DNA of 52,709 nucleotides. Origin: Pseudobdellovibrionaceae bacterium. Its GTDB lineage: Bacteria > Bdellovibrionota > Bdellovibrionia > Bdellovibrionales > Bdellovibrionaceae. The position numbers and the translations under genes were made by a program. The stretch spans positions 1 through 52,709 of the forward strand of contig JBGGMM010000209.1 in assembly GCA_041288045.1 (NCBI GenBank), read 5' to 3'. Positions 31,441-39,855 of the stretch are shown one piece after another; position 1 is the stretch's first letter, and every line of letters starts with the position of its first letter. Under the pieces are notes generated by a model, which worked only from the letters and a program-made list of their open reading frames with translations, had not been told where the DNA came from and did not search any database.

Positions 31441-31611
31441 CTTCGTCTGATCGTGAACGTCCGTGTCCGTCTTTTCTGGAAATTCGGCCATCCGCCGACA
31501 GTCATCGTCCAGCTTCGCCTCCGCGGCTCCAGGCCTCACCCCTTCGGGGCTCGCCTGCGGCGAGTTTCCAGAAAACCTTAAATGGAAATACAAACACAAA
31601 TGCAGCAGAGC
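31441..31611 (+). repeat. Dispersed structured repeat, copy 3 (3' half, with an insertion in one loop)
   Basis: GTCTGATCGTGAACGTCC...TTTTCTGGAAATTCGGCCATCC...GGCCTCACCCCTTCGGGGCTCGCCTGCGGCGAGTTTCCAGAAAACCT matches copy 4; starts 15 nt after the mrp stop. Confidence 0.9.
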
Positions 31612-31624
31612 TGTTCATGAGATT

Positions 31625-31654
31625 TTGTCGCTCACTTGAGTGTTAAGTTATAAT
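31625..31654 (+). promoter_or_regulatory. Putative sigma70 promoter
   Basis: TTGTCG-N18-TATAAT; the -10 box lies inside a TGAGTGT...ACACTCA inverted repeat. Confidence 0.45.
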
Positions 31655-31721
31655 GCTACACTCATGTCAGTAGTTGAACGAAACCATTGGCAGCGGCGTT
31701 CAGAAAACGCTGCGGCATTTT

Positions 31722-31816
31722 ACTTTCTGTTCCCATCCATTTGAACTGCCGATCACGATGATCGGCAGTCCGGGGGTTCGGGGCAGGCCTGCCCCGATTG
31801 CATGGATGCAGAAAGT
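31722..31816. ncRNA. Multi-branched structured non-coding element of unknown class
   Basis: Closing stems ACTTTCTG/CAGAAAGT and CATCCAT/ATGGATG enclose ACTGCCGATCA-CGA-TGATCGGCAGT and the palindrome CGGGGCAGGCCTGCCCCG. Confidence 0.45.
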
Positions 31817-32088
31817 TCATGACCACCCCCAAACTTCAAAGCCCCCACTCAAATTTGCCGCTAAGAGATATGTTATTTTCCAAAGTCCCGCCTCAGTTCA
31901 AACTCAAACGATTTGATCTCGACCTCAGACGATCTCAGCCAAAGCCCATGTCATTGCTAAAAAAAATCGAAACAACAGGAACTCTGTCTTTTTTGGTGTT
32001 AGGGTGGACGCAATTATCGCTAGTTTCCGAGACTGTGTTCATTCTGTTCATGCCCTCCGAAGTAGCACTCAAGTCCTGAGGAGGTTCT

Positions 32089-32400
32089 ATGAGTAAAAAG
32101 TTATATGTTGGCAATCTTCCCTATTCCGCAACTGATCAAGCGTTGATCACTGCATTCTCTGAATGTGGAGCAGTTGAATCTGCGAAAGTTGTGATTGACC
32201 GTGATTCAGGTCGCAGCAAAGGTTTTGCTTTTGTTGAAATGGGCTCTGAAGCCGATGCAGCCAAAGTGATTGAAAAATACCACGAAGCTGACTGGGATGG
32301 ACGCGCTATGAACGTAGCTATCGCCAAACCAATGGCACCTCGAGAAAACCGCACCGGTGGTGGTGGCGGATTCAATCGCGGCGCTCGCGGCGGCTGGTAG
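32089..32400 (+). CDS. RRM (RNP-1) RNA-binding protein with Gly-rich tail
   Basis: KLYVGNL (RNP2), RSKGFAFVEM (RNP1); SD GGAGG. Confidence 0.95.
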   Translation: MSKKLYVGNLPYSATDQALITAFSECGAVESAKVVIDRDSGRSKGFAFVEMGSEADAAKVIEKYHEADWDGRAMNVAIAKPMAPRENRTGGGGGFNRGARGGW

Positions 32401-32433
32401 TCTTTCATTTCGGAAAATTTTAGAAAAATTTTT

Positions 32434-32462
32434 GGGCTGCTCTGATGAGCGGCCCTTTTTTT
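32434..32462 (+). terminator. Intrinsic terminator of the RRM gene
   Basis: GGGCTGCTC-TGAT-GAGCGGCCC followed by T7. Confidence 0.85.
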
Positions 32463-33606
32463 ATGACTTCGGCAATTCAATGCTAAAAACGGAGCCTTTG
32501 CCCGGTTGTGACTGGGCCGTAACTCGCCCTTTGTGAAGCTCAACAACTCTTTGCACCGTCGCTAAGCCAAGGCCCGCCCCCTGGTATTCATTTTTTCTCA
32601 GTTGCTTGTGAGGCTGAAAAATAATTTCCTTCTCTTTCGGATCAAAGCCAATCCCGTTATCTTGAAATTGGATCACCCATTTTTCATCGTCTGATTTGCA
32701 AAGAATTTTAACTTCGGGCTGGACTCTTTGATTGAATTTAAGGCCATTGGCAATCAAATTTTGAAAGGCCTGAATAAGAAGAGTTGCATCGCCTCGAATG
32801 GTCGGCAATTTTTCATGCTGAACCACGGCTGATCGCTCCTTCATGGTTGCTTGAACATTTTGAATGGCAATATCGGCGATTTCTGAAAGATGGACCTGAG
32901 TGAATTGAGGTTTGTGTCCGCGCAGGCGAGCATACTCGAGCAATCGATCAATCAACGCCAACATTCTTCGAGACTGATTGGCAACGACCTCAAAGAGCTC
33001 ATCCGCTTGCGGGTCCTTGGACACAAACTCTTCTTGTAAAAGTTCAATATAACCTGTCATTGTGGCCAGCGGTGATTTCAAATCATGGGCGGCAATAGCT
33101 GCAAAGTGTTCCAAATCACGATTGGATTTTTCCGACTCTCTCAGAGCCAATTCCACTTGCGCCCGCTGGAAGTTGGAATATTCATTCGCTGCCAGGGAAA
33201 GAACATTGTCAATGGAGTCGTTGATGATACTTATTTCAGTAAAACTGATCTGCCCCCGGCTATCGAGCGCCGCTAAAATCGCTCGGCGCAAAAGACTAAA
33301 CTGCTTGATGAGATCAGGCAGTGAAAAATTTTGCAAGATGGCGTGATGAAGACCTACCTTCTGCCCCAATCGATTTCCCTCGGAGGTTGAATGAAGAGGG
33401 CTTTGGGGATCAAGAACATCAATCAACTGATCGAGCCAGTTGGAAATGTGCTTTCTCACGGCCAGCCGATCGCTCTTGGTACCCTCTTTGATTTCTTCAC
33501 GAACCGAAACTTCCCAAGTCTCAAGAATTTCATGTTTTAAAAACAGAAGCGAGCGACTGGAATCAGGTGAGCTCTTCTCTTTAAGGTGGTCGGACTGAGG
33601 CTCCAT
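32461..33606 (-). CDS. Orphan cytoplasmic sensor histidine kinase
   Basis: FAAIAAHDLKSPL, FQNLIANGLKF, DNGIGF, GAGLGL; soluble helical N-domain, possibly RsbRD_N-like. Confidence 0.9.
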   Translation of the reverse strand: MEPQSDHLKEKSSPDSSRSLLFLKHEILETWEVSVREEIKEGTKSDRLAVRKHISNWLDQLIDVLDPQSPLHSTSEGNRLGQKVGLHHAILQNFSLPDLIKQFSLLRRAILAALDSRGQISFTEISIINDSIDNVLSLAANEYSNFQRAQVELALRESEKSNRDLEHFAAIAAHDLKSPLATMTGYIELLQEEFVSKDPQADELFEVVANQSRRMLALIDRLLEYARLRGHKPQFTQVHLSEIADIAIQNVQATMKERSAVVQHEKLPTIRGDATLLIQAFQNLIANGLKFNQRVQPEVKILCKSDDEKWVIQFQDNGIGFDPKEKEIIFQPHKQLRKNEYQGAGLGLATVQRVVELHKGRVTAQSQPGKGSVFSIELPKS

Positions 33607-33726
33607 AGAACTAAGACTTTACTCCGATTGCGCCTTCGACAACACAGAAAACAGAAATATGCTTTCTCAAATAGACGGAATGCATCCCTCATTGATCTCA
33701 ATTGAGATCACCGACAAATGACATAG

Positions 33727-34311
33727 CTACAAGCTGGTCGCCTTCACCCACTCTTGCCTTTGCTCCACTGTCGTCGGCAGGAGCTTCCCCTCATCCAAAC
33801 CTTCGCGGATCCAGCCGATATTTTTTTTCACAACAGCTTTTTTCTTTGTGGCGCTGATTTCGGCTTCGACGCTGCCTTCGAGTACGCAGAGGACTTCTTT
33901 TTCTTTTGAAGCTGCGAGCACGAATTCGGTGCCTCGCACCCCGGCGACGATCGATGGAATTTTGTATCGGTACTTTTTTGCTTCTGGTGGGTCGACTTGC
34001 AGACGCAGGGTTCCGTTTTGTAAGAACAGAGTCGCTGGATGCGGAACTCCGTCTTTGTAGGGGGACTCTTCGATTTTCACTGTGGAGTTTTCGCCGATCA
34101 CCATAACTGAATGCTGCTCCACCAGCTTCAGCTTGGTGCCGGGACCGGTGATCACTGTGTCGCCAAAAGCTAAAAATTGGCCGACTTTGAGAGGATTTTT
34201 TTCATCCAGAACATTGATCCATTGAGCATTTGGTTTTGTCATGACTATCACGGTCCACGCATTTGCGGAGAGCGCGAAAATCTGCATCAGAATGAAGAGA
34301 TGGAATTTCAT
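33727..34311 (-). CDS. Secreted FecR-domain protein
   Basis: SD GGAGG, signal peptide ending ANA, GDTVITGPGT...IGENSTV...AGVRGTEF...VLEGSV. Confidence 0.82.
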   Translation of the reverse strand: MKFHLFILMQIFALSANAWTVIVMTKPNAQWINVLDEKNPLKVGQFLAFGDTVITGPGTKLKLVEQHSVMVIGENSTVKIEESPYKDGVPHPATLFLQNGTLRLQVDPPEAKKYRYKIPSIVAGVRGTEFVLAASKEKEVLCVLEGSVEAEISATKKKAVVKKNIGWIREGLDEGKLLPTTVEQRQEWVKATSL

Positions 34312-34396
34312 TTGTGAAGCCTCCCTTAAGATTCTCAGATTGAGACAATAAACTGACCAAGACTCTGGCAAATTTTGAGAACTTTCGGTGGGCCAT

Positions 34397-34425
34397 TTGG
34401 CTCTCGATCTTGGTCTTGTTACAAT
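34397..34425 (+). promoter_or_regulatory. Putative sigma70 promoter upstream of the riboswitch
   Basis: TTGGCT-N17-TACAAT with an extended -10 TG. Confidence 0.5.
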
Positions 34426-34592
34426 AAAATAAATGGAGGTTGGAATGCACGTGATTTTCGATCCAAAGCCCAAGTGACGACCCGTCACTAGGATGGCTAC
34501 CGCAAAGAAGCATTCACTTAAAACCAAAAAGAAAACTTAAAAACTGATGAAGGAGGTTCCCGCAGAAATTTAGATAGGATTTTCATCCTTCC

Positions 34593-34690
34593 TTTGCTCA
34601 AGGCAAACTTGTGGAAACGCGAGGGCGCAAAGCTAGAGGGGCTAACAGGTCGAGACTCATGACCTCATGCCAGCCAGACTGCCAGAGGAC
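34593..34690 (+). ncRNA. Cyclic di-GMP-I (GEMM) riboswitch aptamer
   Basis: GGCAAAC-TTGTG-GAAA-CGCGAG-GGCGCAAAG (P2 with GAAA tetraloop), P3 with receptor-like GCTAA...ATGCC, ending CAGCCAGACTGCC. Positions equivalent to Vc2 G20 and C92 are G and C, consistent with c-di-GMP rather than cGAMP. Confidence 0.88.
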
Positions 34691-34734
34691 GAACAAACGG
34701 AAGGAAAAAATATGAAAAAGGTTTCATTCCCCTG

Positions 34735-34782
34735 AGCCCGCTTTGATAATCAAGGTTGATTGCAAAGCGGGTTTCTTAGTTT
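34735..34782 (+). terminator. Long hairpin with T-rich tail downstream of the riboswitch
   Basis: GCCCGCTTTG-A-TAATCAA-GG-TTGATTG-CAAAGCGGGT followed by TTCTTAGTTT. Confidence 0.6.
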
Positions 34783-34855
34783 CTAGCCGCTTTTCTGGCC
34801 CAGACTAGACCCCGCAAATTCAAAGTATTCTCCAATAAAATCCGATGTCTAACCT

Positions 34856-37189
34856 ATGATGCGGAAACGTTTTTCGGATCGCAAATTAGTCATAGGGACG
34901 CTGGTGCTTCTAATTATTGAAGTCACTTGGCTCCTCATGCATTTGCAGATGATCCCGAATCCCTTTCGCACAGCGACTCCACGAATGGAGCAACAACCCG
35001 CCGGCTATGTGGTCAAATCCCAACATGAACTGCGAAAACGCGGGCTGAATTCTTTGGTGTGGGAAAATTCAGAGAGCAACGACACTCTTTATTATTTTGA
35101 TTCGGTTCTTACTTTGTCACAATCTTCAGCTACACTGTATTTGCATGAGCAGACCGAAGTGCATTTGTCTGAAAACACTTTGGTCACCATCGAGCCACAA
35201 ACAATGGCCCAGGATTCGCAAATCCGCTTGAAATTCACTCGCGGTGATTTGCGCGCCAGAAACCCCTACGCTAGCACCAAAATCGAATCCAAAGAGTGGA
35301 GCTTAAGCCTGAACCAAGGCTCCGAAGTTTCATTAAGACAAACAGGCAGCGATGATTTCGAAGTGGAAGTGCTCAAGGGAAATCTGGAATTTCAGAAAGA
35401 CAGCAAAACTTCGGCTTTAGCCGAGAGCCAGGTTTTAAAAATTGAAGACAACAAAATCTCTGAAACTTTGAAAATCGAAAAGGATCTCAAATTTCAAGGC
35501 CCTGATTATCAAAGAATTTACTCTTTCCAAGATGAAGCTAAAATCCCTCTCACTTGGAAGGGACAGGCTGAGAAAATTCAAATCGTCCCTCTGGGTGAAG
35601 AGAAGGTCGTGAAAACTCTCGAGCCCGGCCAAAGCGCCGAAAATCTGGATCTGCGCCCCGGAAAATACACTTTGCGACTTTTAAAAGATGGCAAAGTTTC
35701 AGAAGCCAAAGAAATCGAAGTCTGGAAAGCCCCCACCCTGCATCTTTTGGCCCCTTTTCCGCGCGACCGAGTTCGCACTCAGGAAAACATCTCTTTCATT
35801 TGGTCTTATATGCCAGAAGCTCGTGAGTACAAATTTGTGATCACCGACAACCGCACGGGCCAGATCGTTGAAAAACGAGTCAAGGACAATGCCATTGATT
35901 TCAATTTCCTCGATGAAGCCGATGTGCAGTGGAAAGTCATTGGCATCGATGCCGACGGCTTTGAAATCCCCTCCCCCTACGCCAATCAGATTTTCCCACG
36001 CCATGAAATTTTCTCGGCCCCTAAGCTTCTCGATCCCAAGCTTCGGGCTCCGGCATCCAAGAAAAAGCCCAAGCCGGATTCGTCAAACCTGAGACCACGA
36101 AGCTCGCTTTTCACTTGGATCCTCCACAACTTGATTTCTAGCGCCGAAGCCCAGAGCAAGAAAAATTCTGCCGATTACGAAGCTGTCTTTGCTTGGGAAC
36201 CTGTCTCTGGCGCCGATATTTACACAATCGAAATTTCAGATTCAGCGGATTTTCGCTCTCCAAAACTTTCCAAGCAGGTGAAGCGGACCGAATTTATTTG
36301 GTCGGGATTCAGTTTGGGTACTTATTACTGGCGAGTGGCTGCCGGATCTTCGAAAGGTCGAATGGGACTTTTCTCTGAACCTGCAAAAGTACAATTGGAA
36401 AAATTGCCGGAAACAGCTTCCAACAATGACGGCGTCTTGATCAGAAAAAAACCTGAACTTGAAAAAAAGCGGGATCCGGTTGTGACTAAAACTGAAGTGA
36501 TCTTCAACAACGCTCCGGCCACCCAATTTGATGAAAAACGGTTTGAAGAAAAAACCGTCTTAGCCACCGATGATCAAAGGCAGCTCAAGGACACCTACTT
36601 GCTGTCATGGACCCCGGTTTGGACAGGATGGACCCTCAATGGTGAGAATGAATTAAAAGCCAAACTGAATGGCTCCACTCAAGGCGCCGCCCACTTTCAA
36701 ACCGAGCAGCTTCTCTCTCAAGAGCGCAGCTATTTCGTCGATGTCTTCTATGCGCAGTACAAATGGCAGGCCACGGACGAATTGACCTATCCCTTCCAGG
36801 AAGATCAATCCTACACGGACTTCAAAACCCAGATTCTCTTTGGTGACAACCGAAGCTCCCTTTTGCGAGGGGGAGTTCTGCAAACTCTCCCCTACATTGA
36901 AAGATCTGACCTTGAAAAAGTCGAAATCAAAACGGCCCTTGCCATCGGCCCTTCTGTCTACGTCACTGGAGCCAATTCAGAACGAGCGAAAAGCGGGCAT
37001 TCCCTGGCGGTGGTGGCCGGCTCTCAAGTCTTTGGCCTTTCAACCCAACACCATTGGCGCTTTCTGTTCTACAAAGGAGATTCGACATCGCTCTCCATTG
37101 GTGTCAGGGCCCAAGGGGATTTGGTTTTTCATGACCGAAGCTTTTCCGGCGGCTGGTCCGGAGGCCTGAGTCTTGGATTTGAACACTGA
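34856..37189 (+). CDS. Large envelope protein: N-terminal TM, FecR-like domain, Ig/FN3-like repeats, beta-rich C-terminus
   Basis: DSVLTLSQSSATLYL...LSENTLVTI (FecR-like); FAWEPVSGADIYTIEIS...YYWRVAA (FN3-like). Confidence 0.75.
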   Translation: MMRKRFSDRKLVIGTLVLLIIEVTWLLMHLQMIPNPFRTATPRMEQQPAGYVVKSQHELRKRGLNSLVWENSESNDTLYYFDSVLTLSQSSATLYLHEQTEVHLSENTLVTIEPQTMAQDSQIRLKFTRGDLRARNPYASTKIESKEWSLSLNQGSEVSLRQTGSDDFEVEVLKGNLEFQKDSKTSALAESQVLKIEDNKISETLKIEKDLKFQGPDYQRIYSFQDEAKIPLTWKGQAEKIQIVPLGEEKVVKTLEPGQSAENLDLRPGKYTLRLLKDGKVSEAKEIEVWKAPTLHLLAPFPRDRVRTQENISFIWSYMPEAREYKFVITDNRTGQIVEKRVKDNAIDFNFLDEADVQWKVIGIDADGFEIPSPYANQIFPRHEIFSAPKLLDPKLRAPASKKKPKPDSSNLRPRSSLFTWILHNLISSAEAQSKKNSADYEAVFAWEPVSGADIYTIEISDSADFRSPKLSKQVKRTEFIWSGFSLGTYYWRVAAGSSKGRMGLFSEPAKVQLEKLPETASNNDGVLIRKKPELEKKRDPVVTKTEVIFNNAPATQFDEKRFEEKTVLATDDQRQLKDTYLLSWTPVWTGWTLNGENELKAKLNGSTQGAAHFQTEQLLSQERSYFVDVFYAQYKWQATDELTYPFQEDQSYTDFKTQILFGDNRSSLLRGGVLQTLPYIERSDLEKVEIKTALAIGPSVYVTGANSERAKSGHSLAVVAGSQVFGLSTQHHWRFLFYKGDSTSLSIGVRAQGDLVFHDRSFSGGWSGGLSLGFEH

Positions 37190-37195
37190 TGAAAA

Positions 37196-37726
37196 TCACT
37201 CGACCGAAATCCGCTTGAGAGTTTCTTGAATGGCCCTCTCTGTGGATTTCAAAAGCTCGGAATTCCCTTTTTTCTCGCGAAGAACCCAAGCGGATTGGAA
37301 ACACTTCAGAGCTTGGTCATAATTTTGCTGATCAAAATGAAGCTTCCCCAAATGCTGATGATAGAAATCTTCAAACTGCATCCAGATCGAAGCCTCTTGT
37401 TGAGAAAATTTTTGAAATCGAATCAAAGCTTCGTTGTAATTCCCCATCAAACGATAGGTATCGGCCAAGCGGAGTTCAAGCGCTGCCAAGAGTCCCCCTT
37501 TTGGCGAGGACTGCCGAGCTTTCTCGAAATGTTCGATGGCCTTTTCCCAAAGACCTAAAATTTTAAACCAATTGCCAATTTCGCCAAGGACCTTGGCGAT
37601 TTCCGAGGGAACAATTGTATGCAGAAGATGAATTTGCAGAGCCGCAATATGCTCATGAACCTCGTCGGGGCTCTCGGCTTGCTCTCTTAAGTTGGAATCA
37701 AAAAAAGTTTTTGGCTTCATCGTCAT
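37196..37726 (-). CDS. Tetratricopeptide repeat protein
   Basis: LGEIGNWFKILGLWEKAIEHFEKA, LADTYRLMGNYNEA, HLGKLHFDQQNYDQALKCFQSA. Confidence 0.82.
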   Translation of the reverse strand: MTMKPKTFFDSNLREQAESPDEVHEHIAALQIHLLHTIVPSEIAKVLGEIGNWFKILGLWEKAIEHFEKARQSSPKGGLLAALELRLADTYRLMGNYNEALIRFQKFSQQEASIWMQFEDFYHQHLGKLHFDQQNYDQALKCFQSAWVLREKKGNSELLKSTERAIQETLKRISVE

Positions 37727-37793
37727 AAGAATTTGTTTGCTCTATCTTAACAAATTCAGTTGACTAGCCCAACAAAAACTTAATCTTTCCGTT

Positions 37794-39425
37794 TCAGTTT
37801 GAGACACAAATAGGCTTTAATTTGCGTCTCAAAATGAAAGCTAGCAAAAGCGGAAAGCATAGAAGAGCCAAGCCACTGCCAGCTCCACCACCCGAGGCAT
37901 TGAGATGACCACAGCCAGAGCTTTTGAAATCAAAGTCTTTGCGCTCCCCTGAGGTGTAATCAAAGCTCAGGGAATCCACTGTCGTTGGAGAAGTGGCATT
38001 GGTGTTGGTCAATGTGATCCGAAAGCGCAAGTAGCGCTTGTTGTTCAAAGATGAGATATTGCCTTCACTGACCCATCCTGTGTCGTCGGAAACAAAGCCA
38101 TCATTTGAACCGGCAGCTTCCAGCAGAATATCACTCGCCAAACCATTTTGCGAAAGGCTCACGCCAGTAAAACTGGGCAAAGTGCTGAAAGTGTCAAATG
38201 AACTTGAGGTCACCGTTTGTGCTGAAGTTGAATACTCGAGACTGCCCTCAAAGAAAGCGGCCTCGGCCGATGGGAAAATGGTCCCCGTGGCATTTCCTGG
38301 ATCACTGTCAAAAACACTGCTCACTGTCCAAGTCCGCCCGGCCCATGCCGATCCTCCGTCACCACCTGTGGTTGCATTTCCTCGAGTGCCACTGAATGCT
38401 CGGATTTGGTAATCTGACGGATGCATCATGGACAAAGTCCCAGCCACCCAAGTTTGTACCGAACCACCTGCACCGGACCCACCGGCACCGCCGGCAGAAG
38501 GTGAAGCACCGCCATTTCCGCCGTTGGCGAGAATCAACCCTGTTGTGCCTAAATCCAAATCTTCTCCGACATGCAAAACGACCAGTCCACCGCCGCCGCC
38601 GCCGCCACCACCTGCTTCAGTGTCACAGCCGCTTCCACCGCCACCACCGGCGGATCCCAAGAGTTCAGTGAATGCGGGATCCGAATGATTGGCGCCGCGA
38701 GCTCCGCCTGTTGCCATTGTTCCATTGCTACTATTGGTGTGAGAAAAAACAAAGGCAGTCCAACTGCCGCCGCCGCCACCACCACCGCCTGTGCCAGTCA
38801 CTCCAGTGACAACTCCAGGAGCGCCTCCACCGATCAATCCCGAAGTGGAAACGCCGATTTGTCCATCACCAGTGCCAGCACCTGTGTAGCGGGATCCACC
38901 ATTGCCACCTCGTGCCCCGCCACAGCGACCCTCGCCGCCAGCTCCGGCAGTGGCCGTGGCCCCCGTTCCGGTGGAGCTTGTGCCGTTTTTTCCGCTGCAT
39001 TCAATCGTCCCTAAAAGGATCATATCACCCTGGACATAAATGATCAGCGGATTGGAGCCGACAGGTTCAATTGTCCAGCCAGCAGGCAAAGTAAAAGTCG
39101 TGAATTTAAAAATCGGATAGGTTGTTGTGTCTAAATAAATGGTCTGCGTGCCAGAGTCCACCGAAGTGGCAAATCGCGACCAAGTGCTCGAGTTGAATTC
39201 GCCGTGGGAGCCATCCCCAATTTCCAAGCTTGAACTCTGGTTGGCACCATCATTCCAATCTTTGACAATCAGACTGGGAGTGATCAAGCCTCGAGCCTGA
39301 TTCCAATTGGCAGTCGCTGAAGAAAAATAAGCTCTCGAAGAAAAATTTTCGCTGATTTGGCCGGCAAGAGCCAAAGATGAAAAACTCAAACCGGCAATCA
39401 GCAAAAAAATGTTACGAAGCCTCAT
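37794..39425 (-). CDS. Glycine-rich exported surface protein with a C-terminal sorting-signal-like tail
   Basis: Signal peptide ending ALA; many GGGGG/GGxGG runs; tail SSGCG...GGG + TM helix + RRKLK. Confidence 0.8.
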   Translation of the reverse strand: MRLRNIFLLIAGLSFSSLALAGQISENFSSRAYFSSATANWNQARGLITPSLIVKDWNDGANQSSSLEIGDGSHGEFNSSTWSRFATSVDSGTQTIYLDTTTYPIFKFTTFTLPAGWTIEPVGSNPLIIYVQGDMILLGTIECSGKNGTSSTGTGATATAGAGGEGRCGGARGGNGGSRYTGAGTGDGQIGVSTSGLIGGGAPGVVTGVTGTGGGGGGGGSWTAFVFSHTNSSNGTMATGGARGANHSDPAFTELLGSAGGGGGSGCDTEAGGGGGGGGGLVVLHVGEDLDLGTTGLILANGGNGGASPSAGGAGGSGAGGSVQTWVAGTLSMMHPSDYQIRAFSGTRGNATTGGDGGSAWAGRTWTVSSVFDSDPGNATGTIFPSAEAAFFEGSLEYSTSAQTVTSSSFDTFSTLPSFTGVSLSQNGLASDILLEAAGSNDGFVSDDTGWVSEGNISSLNNKRYLRFRITLTNTNATSPTTVDSLSFDYTSGERKDFDFKSSGCGHLNASGGGAGSGLALLCFPLLLAFILRRKLKPICVSN

Positions 39426-39855
39426 TGCCGCTTTTCTTTCTTCGCTCTTCAGCTGCAAACAGAACTTGAAAAACTTTTTCCCTGAGGGTTTCCCCTCGAA
39501 AGGGCTTGACGATATAAGAATCCACATGGTGCTGCTTGGCGCTTGAAATTTTCTGTCGTTCCTGCGATTGCTGCGAAGTCACCATGATAAAGGGAGTATC
39601 GGCTCGGTGTTTATGAGCTCGGACAGCACGCAGGAAAGTCAACCCGTCAGTCCTCGGCATTTCCCAATCTGAAATGATCAAATCCAGTCTCTGAATCTGA
39701 TCGACCACGAAGCGAAAAGCTTCAGTTCCATCATTGGCTTCGAGAAAATGCTTAAAACCAAAAGACATCAAATGCTCAATGATGATTTTTCGGACCACGT
39801 CATCATCGTCAACGACGAGAATGATCATTCTTTCAAGCTTCATCATGTTTTCCAT
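39412..39855 (-). CDS. Single-domain response regulator (CheY-like)
   Basis: ILVVDDD, LIISDWEMP, FIMVT, YIVKPF; SD AGGAGG. Confidence 0.92.
   Translation of the reverse strand: MENMMKLERMIILVVDDDDVVRKIIIEHLMSFGFKHFLEANDGTEAFRFVVDQIQRLDLIISDWEMPRTDGLTFLRAVRAHKHRADTPFIMVTSQQSQERQKISSAKQHHVDSYIVKPFRGETLREKVFQVLFAAEERRKKSGNEAS

Noticed and set aside
31661..31850. Structured region as the missing 6S RNA or a tRNA
   Set aside because: The fold is multibranched rather than a rod with a central bubble, and there is no T-loop or cloverleaf. Left unassigned pending a covariance-model search.
33689..33710. Palindrome GATCTCAATTGAGATC and similar TCTCA..TGAGA at about 34333
   Set aside because: Spacing differs between the sites and no promoter could be tied to them; too weak to call.
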